A DNA stretch of 64,000 nt. It comes from Tubulanus polymorphus. Its lineage: Eukaryota > Animalia > Nemertea. Below the pieces are notes generated by a model. The model was given only the letters and a program-made list of their open reading frames with translations, did not search any database and had not been told where the DNA came from. Location of the stretch: assembly GCF_964204645.1 (NCBI RefSeq), contig NC_134031.1:17861810-17925809 (forward strand). Direction: 5' to 3'. Positions 12,450 through 25,900 of this stretch are shown here, one piece after another. Numbering within the stretch: the stretch's first letter is position 1; each line of letters starts with the position of its first letter. Position numbers and translations under genes: made by a program.

Positions 12450-14156
12450 ATGGAAGGTGGTATCAATAATGTAGCAGCTGAGATGGATTTGGATCGGCCG
12501 AGTGGAGATCAAATACCGCAAAGTCAACCGATTGATGCGACGCAAGTCGTAAATCTAGCCGGAGGTTTCGTTTGGCAGATCGACGGAATATCGCGCCTTC
12601 GTCGTTTCATATGTCTCGGATGCGAGGGCGGGACGTACTACGCGTCCCAGAAAGAACTGACGATCGAGAATATCCAATCGATTAAGAAATTAGTTTCCGG
12701 CGGACGAGGTCTCGACGTCGTACGCGAGATCGAACAGTTCAGCCTCGAGGGCAGAACGGCGAAACAGGATAATATATTATTCGTTTTAGCGTACTGCGCT
12801 CGGCAAACGGAAGATCGAGATACGAAAATCGCCGCGTACGAAGCGTTGCCGAAAATATGTCGCATACCGACGCATTTGTTCGCGTTCGTCGGCTTCGCGG
12901 AGAAGCTGAGTAAATCGGGCGAAGGTAAAGAGACTACGGGTTGGGGTCGAGCCCACCGCCGGGCTATCGCCAACTGGTATACGAGATACGCGAATGCTCC
13001 CGCAAAGTTAGCGATGCACGTTACGAAATACAAAAATCGAAATGGTTGGACGCATTTCGATTTGTTCCGGTTATCCCACGTGAAGACCGATCGCGCCGAA
13101 CTGGGCGCTATTTTCAGATACGTCGTTAAGGGTTTAGGAGCGGCTAAAGAGCAATTCCTGAAAGAGCCGGCCGCAGCAACGCCGGCGCTTCTAGAAATAT
13201 TCAAATTCCTGCAAGCCGTCGAAGATACGAAAACTGTCGACGCGGAAAACGTCGACAAAATCGTCAGTTTGATCGAGGAAAATCATCTCGTGCGCGAGCA
13301 TATTCCGACCCAGTTCTTGAAGTCGATAGAAGTTTGGCGCGTATTGTTGAGAGATATGCCGATGACGGCTTTGATGAGAAATCTGGCGAAAATGACGAGC
13401 ATCGGGCTGCTGAAACCCGGAGCTGAAGAGACGGCGCAAGTCGTCCTGAAACTTAGCGATGACGATAAGATAAAAGAAGCGCGTATCCATCCGTTTAATG
13501 TATTGAACGCTTTGTTGACGTATCGTAGTTGTAAAGGCGCGAAGGGAAGTCTGAAGTGGCAAGCGTGCCCCGAAATCGAGCAGGCGCTCGACGATATGTT
13601 CTACAAAGCGTTTAAATTCGTCGAGCCGACCGGCAAACGGTTTTTACTCGCGGTCGACGTCAGCGGTTCGATGACGGTTTGTAACGTGATCGGATCGGCG
13701 GCGATGACGTCGTATCAGGCGGCGGCTGCTATGATGATGACGACGCTCCGCACCGAAAGCAACTGCGAAGTCTGCGCGTTCGATACGACTCTGACGCCGA
13801 TGAAAGTGAAACCCGAATTTAAACTACCCGAGACGATGCTCGCGTTCGAAGGTTTCCTGTGCGGAAATACGGATTGCGCGGCGCCGATGTTGTACGCGCT
13901 GGAACACAAGAAAGAAGTCGACGTTTTCGTCATTTATACCGATAATGATACCTGGTACGGCGACATTCATCCGGCCGCCGCGTTACGCAATTACCGTAAA
14001 GAAATGGGAATCTACGACGCGAAGTTGATCGTTACGGCATTCTCAGCTTCCGAATTCTCGATCGCCGATCCCGAGGATCCGGGAATGCTCGATATCGCCG
14101 GATTTGATTCCGGGGCACCGGAAACAATGAGGCAATTCGTTCTCGGTAATATTTAG
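12450..14156 (+). CDS. RO60: Ro60 (60 kDa SS-A/Ro, TROVE + vWA domains), 568 aa, single coding exon
   Basis: N-terminal NLAGGFVW..RLRRFICLGCEGGTYY, CRIPTHLF, GWGRAHRRAI, KYKNRNGWTHFDLFRLSH, MPMTALMRNL, ARIHPF, intact MIDAS DVSGSM, TDC, YTDNDT, DPGMLDIAGFD. First ATG at 12450. Probable 5'UTR intron (donor 12209, acceptor ~12437). Confidence 0.97.
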   Translation: MEGGINNVAAEMDLDRPSGDQIPQSQPIDATQVVNLAGGFVWQIDGISRLRRFICLGCEGGTYYASQKELTIENIQSIKKLVSGGRGLDVVREIEQFSLEGRTAKQDNILFVLAYCARQTEDRDTKIAAYEALPKICRIPTHLFAFVGFAEKLSKSGEGKETTGWGRAHRRAIANWYTRYANAPAKLAMHVTKYKNRNGWTHFDLFRLSHVKTDRAELGAIFRYVVKGLGAAKEQFLKEPAAATPALLEIFKFLQAVEDTKTVDAENVDKIVSLIEENHLVREHIPTQFLKSIEVWRVLLRDMPMTALMRNLAKMTSIGLLKPGAEETAQVVLKLSDDDKIKEARIHPFNVLNALLTYRSCKGAKGSLKWQACPEIEQALDDMFYKAFKFVEPTGKRFLLAVDVSGSMTVCNVIGSAAMTSYQAAAAMMMTTLRTESNCEVCAFDTTLTPMKVKPEFKLPETMLAFEGFLCGNTDCAAPMLYALEHKKEVDVFVIYTDNDTWYGDIHPAAALRNYRKEMGIYDAKLIVTAFSASEFSIADPEDPGMLDIAGFDSGAPETMRQFVLGNI

Positions 14157-14247
14157 AACTCTTGGATCGGGAATTATCTAGATATAATTAAAATAATCTT
14201 GAAAATGATAAACTTTGCTATGGGACAGTGCTATTTGCTTTAGGCTT

Positions 14248-14653
14248 AATGTCTTATTTCAACTTTGCCTGAGAGGATGTTGGATGGTCTAGCTTAGTCA
14301 GTTTTTGTAATACACTGAAACAGGTCATAGTAGGACCAGCAAACTAAATCATCGATTTTTCATCCATTTCACATTGTATTGAAGTCTTCTATGAATGGGG
14401 TTGAAAAGAAAAAAGTGACTCCATAATTTCATGTATTCAACAATATGTTTCCATGCCTAAATACCATATTTTTTGATGATTTAAAAAAAACATTTAGTTG
14501 GAAGTATGGAGACCTTTCTCGACAATATGGAGTAGAATGGATTAATAATCAATATTATAGTTCAGCTTCCTTCTGGTGCTTTAATTAAAGACTGCAAAAA
14601 CTGAATGAGTTAGGCCACCCGACATCCTCTCAAGCAAAGCTGAAATAGACATT
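14248..14653. repeat. Degenerate inverted repeat (foldback) in the Ro60 3' region
   Basis: 14248-14311 is the reverse complement of 14591-14653 (~64 bp, ~10 substitutions and one indel), with a weaker inner palindrome around 14450-14510. Confidence 0.75.
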
Positions 14654-15479
14654 ACATTAGCTGTTAACTTTGCATCGCCAATGGTCGGATAGACGATAAA
14701 TAATTTATTTCATAAATCTTTTTATTTTATTTATATTGCAATACATGAATGATATTCAAATATACAAAGTATATATCGCACATGTGATCAAGATTGTTAC
14801 TAAATTTTGTAATGGATAATGATGCTTACCGGATTAATCATTAGATGTCTGTCATAAAAAGATTTGGTCATCCAATGCCATTCTGTGTAGCGCTTGATTA
14901 ATTTTTAATGAATGAATATGTACAAATCCATGACTCTGATATGAGATATGAAAATTTTAGAAAGCTTGTTTGGAAGATTATGGTGCAAATAAAGGTACGC
15001 TTTATAAATTCTTCATTTGTTTAATTTTGTTACCGGTATTTTATCTGAATTATTCTTCTGACTGTGAATGCTAGTGACAGTGAGAGGAAAAAAGGATGAA
15101 CCCCAAGCAGAATTGCGATCACATTTCTATTGGCTTCTTTTTCAGGGACTATAATCTGTGAGCTATCCCTTTGTGAAAAAGCTGCAATATGTTTGCTTGA
15201 AATTTCCAGGGGCTTTTCGCAAGAGATGATACTAAATGATAGAGGATATTACCAGGCATTAGGGGGGGGGGGGGGTTAGGGCCCAAATGACATCATTTTC
15301 ACATAGAAAATAAGCCATTTCGTCAAAGAGTATTTTTGTCAAAAGTTAAGCTTGTTGACTTTGAGTCCCTCCCTGATAATTGCAGAAACAAAACTTTTTG
15401 GGAGGGGTACGAAGCAGCGCCTAGGGCGATACGATATTTATAAATATTCGAGTGAGTGGGGTTCGAACCCGTTCAGTCG

Positions 15480-15630
15480 CTGATTAGAGCTGGTGAACTC
15501 AAGTGTGTAGTCAACCAATCAGCGTTCAGCGCCGCCATTGCCCTCTAAATTTGACTGGTCTGAAGTTATGCGGAAGTGATAAATATTTTAGTGAGTTAAA
15601 CGTTATTTTTCGGTGTTGTGTCTTAGGTAA
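15480..15630 (+). promoter_or_regulatory. Putative KIF14 promoter and non-coding first exon
   Basis: AACCAATCAG CCAAT box at ~15513, ETS-type CGGAAGTG at 15571, donor AG/GTAAG at 15627, acceptor at ~16976 just before the ATG. Confidence 0.45.
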
Positions 15631-16470
15631 GAATTGATCTTTGTTTTCCGTATCGAACCTTTACACTAATTGGTTCTCAAAAGATATATTTCACTTGCTA
15701 ATCTGCGTAGATTTATCTGAAATGAAGCCACAAAAGTGCAATACAATTCTGTTTTATTGAGGCAAATAGTTACATTACATGGATAATAATTTTTTTGCCT
15801 TGACTGGTCTGCTAGTGCTGGATGGCTTGGCTATTATCAGTATAATAAAAAGTGTGTGAGGAGAATTAGATGTATTTCACCTTCTTCAGTTTCCTCTGGT
15901 TCTGGTGGTATAGGCCCCTATTTAAACTAAAAAACGGTTATTACTATATAAAATCAAATCGGTTTGTGCTAAGCTTATAGAGTGATAGTGATGACAAAGT
16001 CTTGTGTCACTCCTCAATGCCTTCAATCAATTGACTCATTTATTACCTGCTGCACTAATTGACATCAGTTGACAAGTTTTACTACAATAGGCTCAGACTG
16101 ATCAATCAATAAACGCTTTTGAACAATCATACACAGACAGGTCAGGATTTATTTGATGAACTGTTTGACACTATCATTCATTGTTCCCTTTGACTACTTA
16201 TGTTTATATATGAGATTTAATTCGCGCTTAATTGCTTCAGATTTTCTGTTAAAAATAGTTTACAATAGGGATAATTCATACACTTGTTTCATTAGGACAA
16301 ATCCCTTTTTGTTACAATATTTTATCTAATATTACATCGACTGAGTTTGTGTGAGGAATGACGATGTTTTAGTTAGCTCCAAGTCCTAAGCTTTTAGGAT
16401 TGTAAAATAATGATAGTTACAACTGGTTAGTAATTATTCTGATTTTACGTGTTGTAAGAATGCTTAAATG

Positions 16471-16734
16471 CAGGATGGCCACTGACCTGGAAAATTCAGG
16501 GAATCAGAAATATCTAGAAATAATCGGAGAAAATCCAGGGAATTTGGCAAATTTTGTAAAAACCTGGAAAATTCGGGGAATTTGGATTGTTGTTGACCAC
16601 GCATATCTGAATCAGTATGTGATTAATGAATAATGAATAAATCGTTACATTCTAAATCAAGAAATACTCGGGATAACATGGAAAATCGGCAAAAACTGTG
16701 GGAATTTGTGAATTGGTGGAAAGTAGCCAGCCTG
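16471..16734. mobile_element. Family B MITE (TIR consensus CAGGGTGGCCAC)
   Basis: CAGGATGGCCACTGACCTGGAAAA start and GTAGCCAGCCTG end; internal CAGGGAA repeats homologous to 21508-21773. Confidence 0.7.
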
Positions 16735-16987
16735 TTGTATGTATAAAGTGGTAGTATTGAAAATATGTGAAGGCCTATACTATTACTGTGGCTATTGTTG
16801 TATGAAATGCCCTGTTGTTATCAATCAGTGTACAACTACTCTCGACTGCTACCCGGGAATTGTTCACACTTTACGAAACACGCATTTCATTTCCTACGAA
16901 CATGATCTCAATATCATAGCCCGTCGTCGTCGACGACGCAATTAAATACAGCGATATATAGTTGCATTCTCTTCAGATTCATCATCG

Positions 16988-19900
16988 ATGAATATCGGAA
17001 ACCGGACGAAAAACGGTACCAAGCGATCGCAGCAATTCGACGAGCCGAACGACGATATGACGAGTAAAACGGATAACCACAATAAACGTCTCAAATCGGT
17101 GAAGTTTAATCACGAAGTTTACGAGACGTCGTTCGGCGGAACGGAAACCGTCACCAGAATGCGTCTGTCGTTGGATAATAATCCGCGCACGTCGACTCCG
17201 GACGTCGTCGAAGAGGAATTCATGGATGGTTCGTTGAATTCGGAGAACGACGCGGCGATATCCGATCTGACGGTCGTGGCTCGCGTCGAGGACGACTCGG
17301 CGTTATTCGCGTCGGAAACCGAAACCGAAGAAGAGGAGATCGAGTTCGCTCTTCCGGCGCCGCCGGCACCCGCGTTGAAACCGTCGAGGATTAAAATACC
17401 GCCGGCGTTTTGTAGCTTATCGACGTCTAAATTACCGTCGTCGACCGAAGCGCCCTCTACTCCCGTCAGTAAGATTCGTAAATCGTACCCGGATTTCTGT
17501 TCGTCGGTAGCGAGTACGCCCGACTGTTTCACGGCCGTTCAGATGGGCACGCCGTTGCCGAAGTCGAAAAAACGCCGCAGCAACGCGACGATCGATACGG
17601 CGGAACTCGGCGAGGATCGCTGCAGCGTGACGGTCGCCGTGCGCGTTCGTCCGTTCAGTAAACGCGAACTAGAACGTTCGGACGTTCGAAACGTCGTCTC
17701 GATGACGAACAACGAAACGTGCGTGATGGCCGACACCGGCGTCAAATATCGTTTTCTCTACGATTTCTCGTTCTGGTCGTTCGACGAGAAAAAGGGAAAT
17801 TCGTACGCCGGTCAGGAGTACGTTTATAACACGGTCGCCGAGCCGCAATTAGCGAAAGCGTTCGAGGGATACAACACGTGTTTGTTCGCGTACGGGCAGA
17901 CGGGCAGCGGTAAGAGTTACTGCATCACCGGACACGGCGACGACCGCGGAATCATTCCGCGATTCGGCGACGATCTGTTTCGACGACGCGATCTGAAAGT
18001 CGACGCCGAACGAATGAAAATCAACGTCGAAATAAGTTTCTTCGAGATTTACAACGAGAAAATACACGACCTTCTCGCGCCGAGCGGCGATAATACATGC
18101 GCGAATAAACAAGGCAGTAAACACGTGGTAAGCTTCGGTTTCTTTGAAGATTCGTTTTGACTGAAATATTCTAACAGCTAATTTTGAATTTGAATTTAAA
18201 GAGAATAAATGTTTTTTCTAGCTGCGCGTCAGAGAGCATCCAGTCCTCGGTCCATACGTAGAAGGTCTGTCTTCGTATGTGGTCAGTTCATTCGAAGACA
18301 TGCAGGTTAGTATGACAAGTGTTCTCCATATGCTGGGATTTTAAAGGTTCTACAAATGTTTTCGATCCACAGAGCAAAATATAGGACCCAGTTCCACAGT
18401 CGTGAGTTAGAGTTAGTTCATTTTCAATGAGTTAACCCAGAGTCAAATCTTAACTCAGAACTGTGGAACTGGGCCCAGATAATGAAGCTAAATTTTTTGT
18501 GTTATTTTCTATTCTTTACATGAATTAGCTCAATATATTTCAAAGCGATTAACAGCATTGATAGACATCCACTCTGGTAGGGGCAGCAGATATTTTGTAA
18601 GGGGTGGCTCATTTTCAGAGTAGTGGATATAGAAACTAAAATGGATGTTATTTTATTGTTAGGTCCAATTTTATTATATATGTATGTGTGTGTTGGATTT
18701 TTTTTCAGACGTGGTTGAATCTTGGCAATAAACAGCGAGCCACTGCTGCTACTGGTATGAATGATAAAAGCAGTCGCTCACATTCTGTATTCACAATCAT
18801 ATTAACTCAAACAAGGGTAAGGTTTAGGTTGCAACTGTTTTATCTTTAGCAAAGTACAACAATAAAAACGAAATTAAATGTACAGGTTTTATTCACAATT
18901 AAATAATTTGAGCCGTCTCTGAATGAACAATTTTCAGTCTGAAAATATCGAAGGAGAAGATCACGAACATTCGACGACCAGTAAAATAAACCTGATTGAT
19001 CTCGCCGGCAGTGAACGTCAATCAACGGCGAAAACTTCTGGAGATCGATTGAAGGTATGGTTCATCGATTGAGATGCTCTTCGAGCTCTCAGTAGCGATA
19101 GTTGAGCTTTCAAATTGAATCTAGAAAACCATACTCAAATGTGGAGAATAGATGATATAGTAATAAGAACCCCTATATACAGAATTTATTTGTTAAGTCA
19201 AAAATTTGAAGTTATAGATGTTTAAAACTCACTAGAGATGATGATCACTTGACAATGATTGTCATGTCAGTAAATAGTAAATAAATTCTTGATTTTGAAA
19301 CTAACATCCGTACATGGTCGCTTTTATTTCAAATTGAAAATATTTTTGAAAAGTGAAAATATTTATTTATCAATTTAATAAAGCACTATGTTTTGAGTTT
19401 CATAAGGATTTGCTGAATTGCTCAACCGACCCTATCGTTTTGTATTTTAGGAAGGAGCCAGTATCAATAAATCGTTGTTGACATTGGGTAAAGTCATCTC
19501 GACTCTGTCAGATTTAGCGACTTGTACGAATAGGAAACGCCTATTCATCCCGTACAGAGATTCCATTTTGACTTGGTGAGTCGATGAGATATATATATAT
19601 ATATATATATTTACATGTACCATGTCGATATTTCAAAAACAGCTGGAATATCAATAATGGCTGGTTGTAAAAACAGATGATTTACCACTGACTAGCGCAA
19701 TAAACACAGTTTTCATGTCGACAATAATTGCCTCGTGAAATATTTAATGCCGCAATTAAAACATCGTATCGAGTACACAAATTCAGATATATCTGACATA
19801 AATATAACTAGAATTGCATGCATTAAAAATGAACGAGTACACAAGTTCAGATATATCTGACATAGATATTACTCTATAGAATTGCATGCATTAAAAATGA

Positions 19901-22900
19901 ATAAGTTCAAAATTTTTAATAAGAAAAATTTGTGTGATGAAAATTTCTTTGATTGTTGATAAACCTTTGTATCTCAATTGGAAGGTTATTGAAAGAAAGT
20001 CTAGGGGGTAATTCACAGACTGCGATGTTAGCTACGATCAGCCCGGCTAATATCTGTATGGAGGAAACGCTGAGCACTTTACGTTACGCTAAACAAGCGC
20101 GTGCGATTGTTAATAACGCGAAGGTCAACGAGGACCCGAAGGCCAGACTCATCAGAGGTAAGGTGTCCGGGTTATGGAAAATATTCGCTCAGGCAAAGAG
20201 AATGAATTTTCAGTTGAAAATATTCCTTTAAGATCTTCTGAGAAGCGTTCTCTGATTAGTGTTGATGCGATTTTTTGTTTTAGAACTTCGAGCCGAGATC
20301 GAGAAACTGCGCGGTCAAACTGGCGGTCTGTTGTCGACCGGAAACGAGTATCATTTGTCGTCGAGTCTCGCGGAAATCGCGTCTTTGAAAGATAAACTTT
20401 TACAGAAGGAGAAAGAAATGATGGAAGCGACCCGGTAAGATTTAGTATCGCCTTCGATTATGCATCGTTGAATAGTTTAGACTTGTAAATTAAATAATTC
20501 TTTATTTTCGAATAGAACTTGGCAAGAAAAATTGAAAGCTTCAGAAAAAAGAAGACTCGAAGAGGAGAAACTGTTAGAGGTATAAAAATAAAAATCTGAG
20601 TCGAGAACCCGAGTCTTATACGCTGGGAACCTACATGTTACATTGAAGGAATCGAGTGTAATGATTTATTGCTAATTTCGTTTCAGAAATCTGGAATTGC
20701 TTTAAAGATCGACAATCGGCAGCCGTATCTGGTGAATTTGAACGAGGATCCTTTACTCTCCGAAACGCTGCTTTACATTTTGAAAGAAGGACAAACGAGA
20801 GTAGGACGTAGAACCACCGGTTCAGATCAAGAGGTTCAGTTACAGGGGGCGCTTATTGCTGAAGACCACTGGTATTTATTTCTTTTCTTTAAACAGCTCG
20901 TGTCTAGATGCAATTTTGTGTCCATGTTCAAACGTTTTTATCAATCGATCTACTTTAATAGCCTATTTGACACAGCCAGCGATGGTCATGTTTACATCTC
21001 GCCCATTGAAGATGCTCCAACCTATGTGAATGGGGACGCAATAACTGAAAAAATTCCTTTGCATCATGTAAGTCAAAGCTAATATCTCAAAGGGCCCTAT
21101 GATTCCTTGAACACTTCAAAATAGAAAATGTTTTTAAAATGGCTTTTTACTCAGGAGGAGTATTACAGTGAAAGTGATGCAGATGCTTCCTTTAAATATG
21201 AAGTTTTCACCGTTAAAACTCGTATAAAACTTATTCCAGGAATGACTGATCTGTAGGGACCCTGACTTATTAAATTGGAATGCTTAGAATTCTGAATTGA
21301 TGTCTGTATTCATGTTTTGATATTCAGGGCGATCGCGTTATTCTCGGCGGAGATCATTACTTTCGATTCAATCACCCGATTGAATCACAGAATAAACATA
21401 CTACGTCGACAACTTCTCATCATCAACCGCGAGACTTCGATTACGCGAAAAGAGAGTTGATTAAAGCACAAAACGCCAGGTAATAGATACTGCTATACCG
21501 CCGTATACAGGGTGGCCACTGACCTGGAAAACCAGCAAAACTCAGGGAATCTAGAAAAAAATCAGGGAAAAGTCAGGGAATTTTGACAAATCATTACCAA
21601 AAACCTGGAAAACTCAGGGAGTTTATATGACCATGTGTTGTATGTGTAAAAAGATTGTAACATCTTAAACTTTGATATTTCTAAGATTTACTTACAGGGA
21701 ATTTTGTGTAATCACATGGAGATATCAGGGAAATTTCAGGATATATGCAAATGGGCGGAAATTGGCCACCCTGATATATATGTATTGTATAGACACCCAG
21801 TTCTCTTGTTAGTAGACCAGTCTAGCAAAGCCTTTATTTGACTAATATTATTGTATTGAAAACAGGATTTAAAATGATTTATAACCTGTGAGATTATTTC
21901 AGTTTGATTCATTGTTATCGCTAATAAGAAACTTGATTCCTGTGGGTAAATCGTTCCTTTGATGTCGTCGACTTTGAATAGGAACTCCTTTGAGCGTTTT
22001 AAAGACCTGTTTATTTGTTATTGTATTATCGATGATTAGGTGGAATGGCAAAATCCGTCGGGCAGTTAATCTGTAAAGTTTGAAGCGTTTAGTAGGCATT
22101 ATTATATTGAAGTTTGTCGTTCTGATATCCGTAGAATGCAGCTCGAAATCGAGAAAATGAAGGCAGAAATGGAGAAAAAACTGCTCGAATCGCAGCAAGA
22201 AGCGGAAGAAGAACTGACCGTACAGAGGCATACTTATGAGGAAAAAGTAGCGCAATTAAAGGAGATTATCGTGAGTTATTGTATTCGAACGGCTCTGTAT
22301 TTGTAAATAAGACTGAGTCTATTGTATATTTTCACTCATCATAATTTTATGAAATTTCATTATAGAAAGAGCAGTCAGTTGAACGGGATCAAATGGATAA
22401 ACTTGAACAACAAAATCAGGTAGGTCTGACTTTTTGGAATGATCGACGATTTACTGTTTTCTCATCAAAGTTGGCATCGATGAATATAATTTTGCCAGAA
22501 TTTATTTCATTATATTATAATATTTATTTCGTAGATGTTACAGCAACAGTTGATCGCGCTCGTAAACAAACGTAAACTAGAAGCAAAAGCATCATCTCAG
22601 GTTCGTCTCGGTCTATTTAGAAAATACTCGGAAATCTCTATCGATGTTGAATTGAAATATCTATGATATTTTCGTCGTTTCGTCGACAGATTGTTACCGA
22701 CGCGAAAGTGGAGCGTTCACGGATCATGGAACAGTTGGAGAAACAGAAACAAAAGATGGCGCTCGACGTTGAACGTTTGAAGCAGCAACGAGAAAAATCG
22801 ACGCCGGTGAAACAGAAACCGTTAACTCCTATCAGTAATCGCACTGATACATACAGGAATACACTACTTATACGAGAGGCGAACAAAATCAGTCAATTCC

Positions 22901-25900
22901 TTAAAAAACATACGGTAAGTGTCTCTAAATCTCCTCTCAATGTCACCTGCTTAGTACAAGTGATATTCCAAGTTTATTTAGATATGTCAATTCTAAACTA
23001 TTCTTAAAAACTCCTTGGAAAATGGTTTTAGATGTGCTTGAAACTCCTTATATTTTAGCCTGTAAATTCTTTCAATTTTGAGAAATAGGCAATTAGAGAT
23101 TTTGTCTAGTTTGTAGTTGTACCGTAAACTGTGCCCAAATCTGTACAGCTGGGACGAGGATTTTTAGATGTTTAGGTAGTGTATGGGAAAACATTTGCTT
23201 AAAACCACCGAATTAATGGTTTACCGAGATACACATATTGATTTAGGAGGAGTCAGAAAGTAATGAAGACACTTCCTTGAAATATTTTCCTTGAAAACTC
23301 CTTATATCCAGGAATGACTAATCCATAGGAACCCAGTTTTAGGGTCAAATCATTTCGAATTGTCTATTCTTAACTCAATCGATACAGTTAGTTTGAATAA
23401 TCTCGGGATATCTATTGAATGAAGGTATTCGGTAGCGAGGACGTCGACACGCCCGAGAGCGGCTCGCAAATTCTCGTCAAAGTGACGAACGCGAAACTGG
23501 GAATCAGCACGTTCTGGACGACGGATAAATTCGAGGATAAACTCGTTCAGATGCGCGAACTGTACAACGGCGACGGCGAGAGCAACGATAACGTATTCTA
23601 CGATCCGAACGACACGTGGGAGAAAGAGAACCGTCTGAACGACGACGACGCCTCGCCGCAGAATACCGAAAGACGTCTGTCGTTGATTCGTAAAAGTCTG
23701 AGTCCGCGATCGCCGGCTCTACGGAGACGATCGTCCGATCGCCGTAAATGTAAGCATTCGTCGAATATGGTTTGATCTTCGGACAGGGTGCGCACTGACC
23801 TCTCAGGAAACCAGGAAAATTTTTAAAAAGAATCGGGGCCTGGTTTTATAATCTGGTATTACCTTAAACCCGGGGTTAACTCAATTGAAAATTAATTAAG
23901 TTAGCCCCCAGGTTAAAGGTAATACTAGTCTATAAAACCGGCCCCAGGGGATTTGGATATTCTATTGACCACACGTTTTTACTATCCAATTTATGTATAC
24001 AAATGTATTCTTGTTTTTTTTTCAGCTTCGAAACCGGATCAAGACCAGCCGACTTCACTAGATTTGTGTCGTGAACTAATCGTGAATTCTATCTCTAACA
24101 TAAGAGGTCAGTCTCACTTCCGCGATATTCGCAAATGACAATTCATTTTAAAAAGCTAATAAATACGTATGCGTTTTCATTTGCAGTGACTGGATTAAAG
24201 GAGAGCATGGTCGACCATATTTTGAATTCGCTCCAGATGATGCAGTCCTCTATGCAGAATATTCTCGATGATAGGAAAACTAATTCGGGTTTGTAACTTG
24301 GAAATCACCTGAGCGAAACGTGTTTAAACATCATTATTCTATAGCAATAACAAAAATGAATGACCTTTGTTTGTTTGTAGGTTCTATCGGTTCCAAGGTC
24401 ACAGACGTCGTACAAGCGCAAAGCCTCGAATTGACCGTTACGTTACGGGAACTGGTTTCTATGACGACCGTCTGGGCTGCGTCTATAAGCGGCAAATCAT
24501 CGTTGATGAAATCGTACGTTCAACAGTTGTTAGAAACGGCGAAAAAACTCGGAAATCAGACGGTTTTATTCCTACAAGTAAGTAGCGTATGCTCAAAGGA
24601 TCAATTTTCCTCTAGTCTAATCGGGAAATTATTTTGGAAAATTCATTTTACACCTCGCGTAGCTTAGATCTTGGATGTCAACTGCTTTCCCAAGGGTAAC
24701 TTTTCTTGAAAAATAACTTTATCAACCGGTCACCACTAAAATGTTGATGTCCCTTGTAGTATGATGGTATGTTCACTTCTACAACGGGCCCAAATTCCAT
24801 TTATGAAAATTGAAAAATCACCGATGAAATTACTTGAGGAAAGATTTTAAAATTTCGAATTCATTTGAACTCCTATTCTATATATATCTAGGGGTGTAAT
24901 AGTGATATAAACAGTATGGTGAACGAATCGTCCAATCAGATGTGTGAATTGATAACAGCAATCGCTAAGCAATGCGGAGAGACGGCGCTAGCGTCCGATA
25001 CTCGGATAACCTGTTTAACGGATTCGAGAGAACTCGACAGTATAACTGATGATGACGATACTGATCTTACGACACAAGTGGTAATTAATTACGAAGAGAT
25101 ATTTTGAAGATTGATGATTCTCGATAATGTCAAAACATTGGAACTCTCAGTCTCTGAAATTGATTTCTTTGAACAGGGTGGCCACATACCTGGAAATCAG
25201 GGAATTTTCTTTTCTCTAAAGAAATTTTGTAAAAAAGCTAAAAATCAGGGAAATATATTGAGGTGGCTATATTGTGCGTATAATTAAACAGTTTCTGTCT
25301 ATGTCTTACATATTTGACTGTGTTGATTGATTGAATTCCTAGCAGATCAAATCAGGGAAAACAATGTGCATGTCAGGGAATAGTCGGTGAAAAAGCAAGT
25401 CAAATAAGAGTGGCCACCCTTTTGAATTGAACCAAACCTGATGTTCAACAGATTATTTGGTATTTAACTTACGTATGAAAATATATTCAGAATATTTTTA
25501 GGATATATATATATATTTGTTTTCAGCGTCTGACGTCCTCGCTGCGACAAGCCACGATCGGCGGTTGCGATTTGTTTTTAGACAAAACGTTACACGCCGG
25601 TCTGAAAACGATTGAAGAAGCGCTATTTCAGATACAATCCCTCGGCGACCGTGAGATCGCTGACCGGGATGTCGCCGAAGTCATTCACCGATCTGAGCTC
25701 CTCGTCGCCTCGACGAAAGTTCTCCTGGCGAAGTTACAAGAAATCCAAGTAAGAATCGTGTATCCAGGGGTGGACTTGGGGGCAATCTCGAGGGTTCGGA
25801 TCCCTACCTTCCTATTCAGGTTGTTCCTTTCCTCTCAGGAAAAACATATTTAAGATCTGCAAATTTGAAATTCACCCTTTCAGAAATTGCATAACCTGAT

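Noticed and set aside
12638-13933. Long antisense ORFs over Ro60 (also over KIF14 exon 1 and the GPCR)
   Set aside because: Shadow frames caused by CG-rich codon usage; no recognisable protein features.
10021-14156. Bacterial contamination or an operon-like YqcI-Ro60 pair
   Set aside because: The upstream gene has spliceosomal introns and an AATAAA at ~11701, and Ro60 looks animal-type. Nothing shows a functional link beyond adjacency.
15450-15480. tRNA gene (GGTTCGAACCC B-box); similar motif on the minus strand at ~26880-26950
   Set aside because: No cloverleaf can be folded; at most SINE-like fragments.
15552-15830. Y RNA-like GACTGGTC motifs downstream of Ro60
   Set aside because: No GGUCCGA/UUGAC bulged stem or matching 3' arm; better explained as the KIF14 promoter and 5'UTR.
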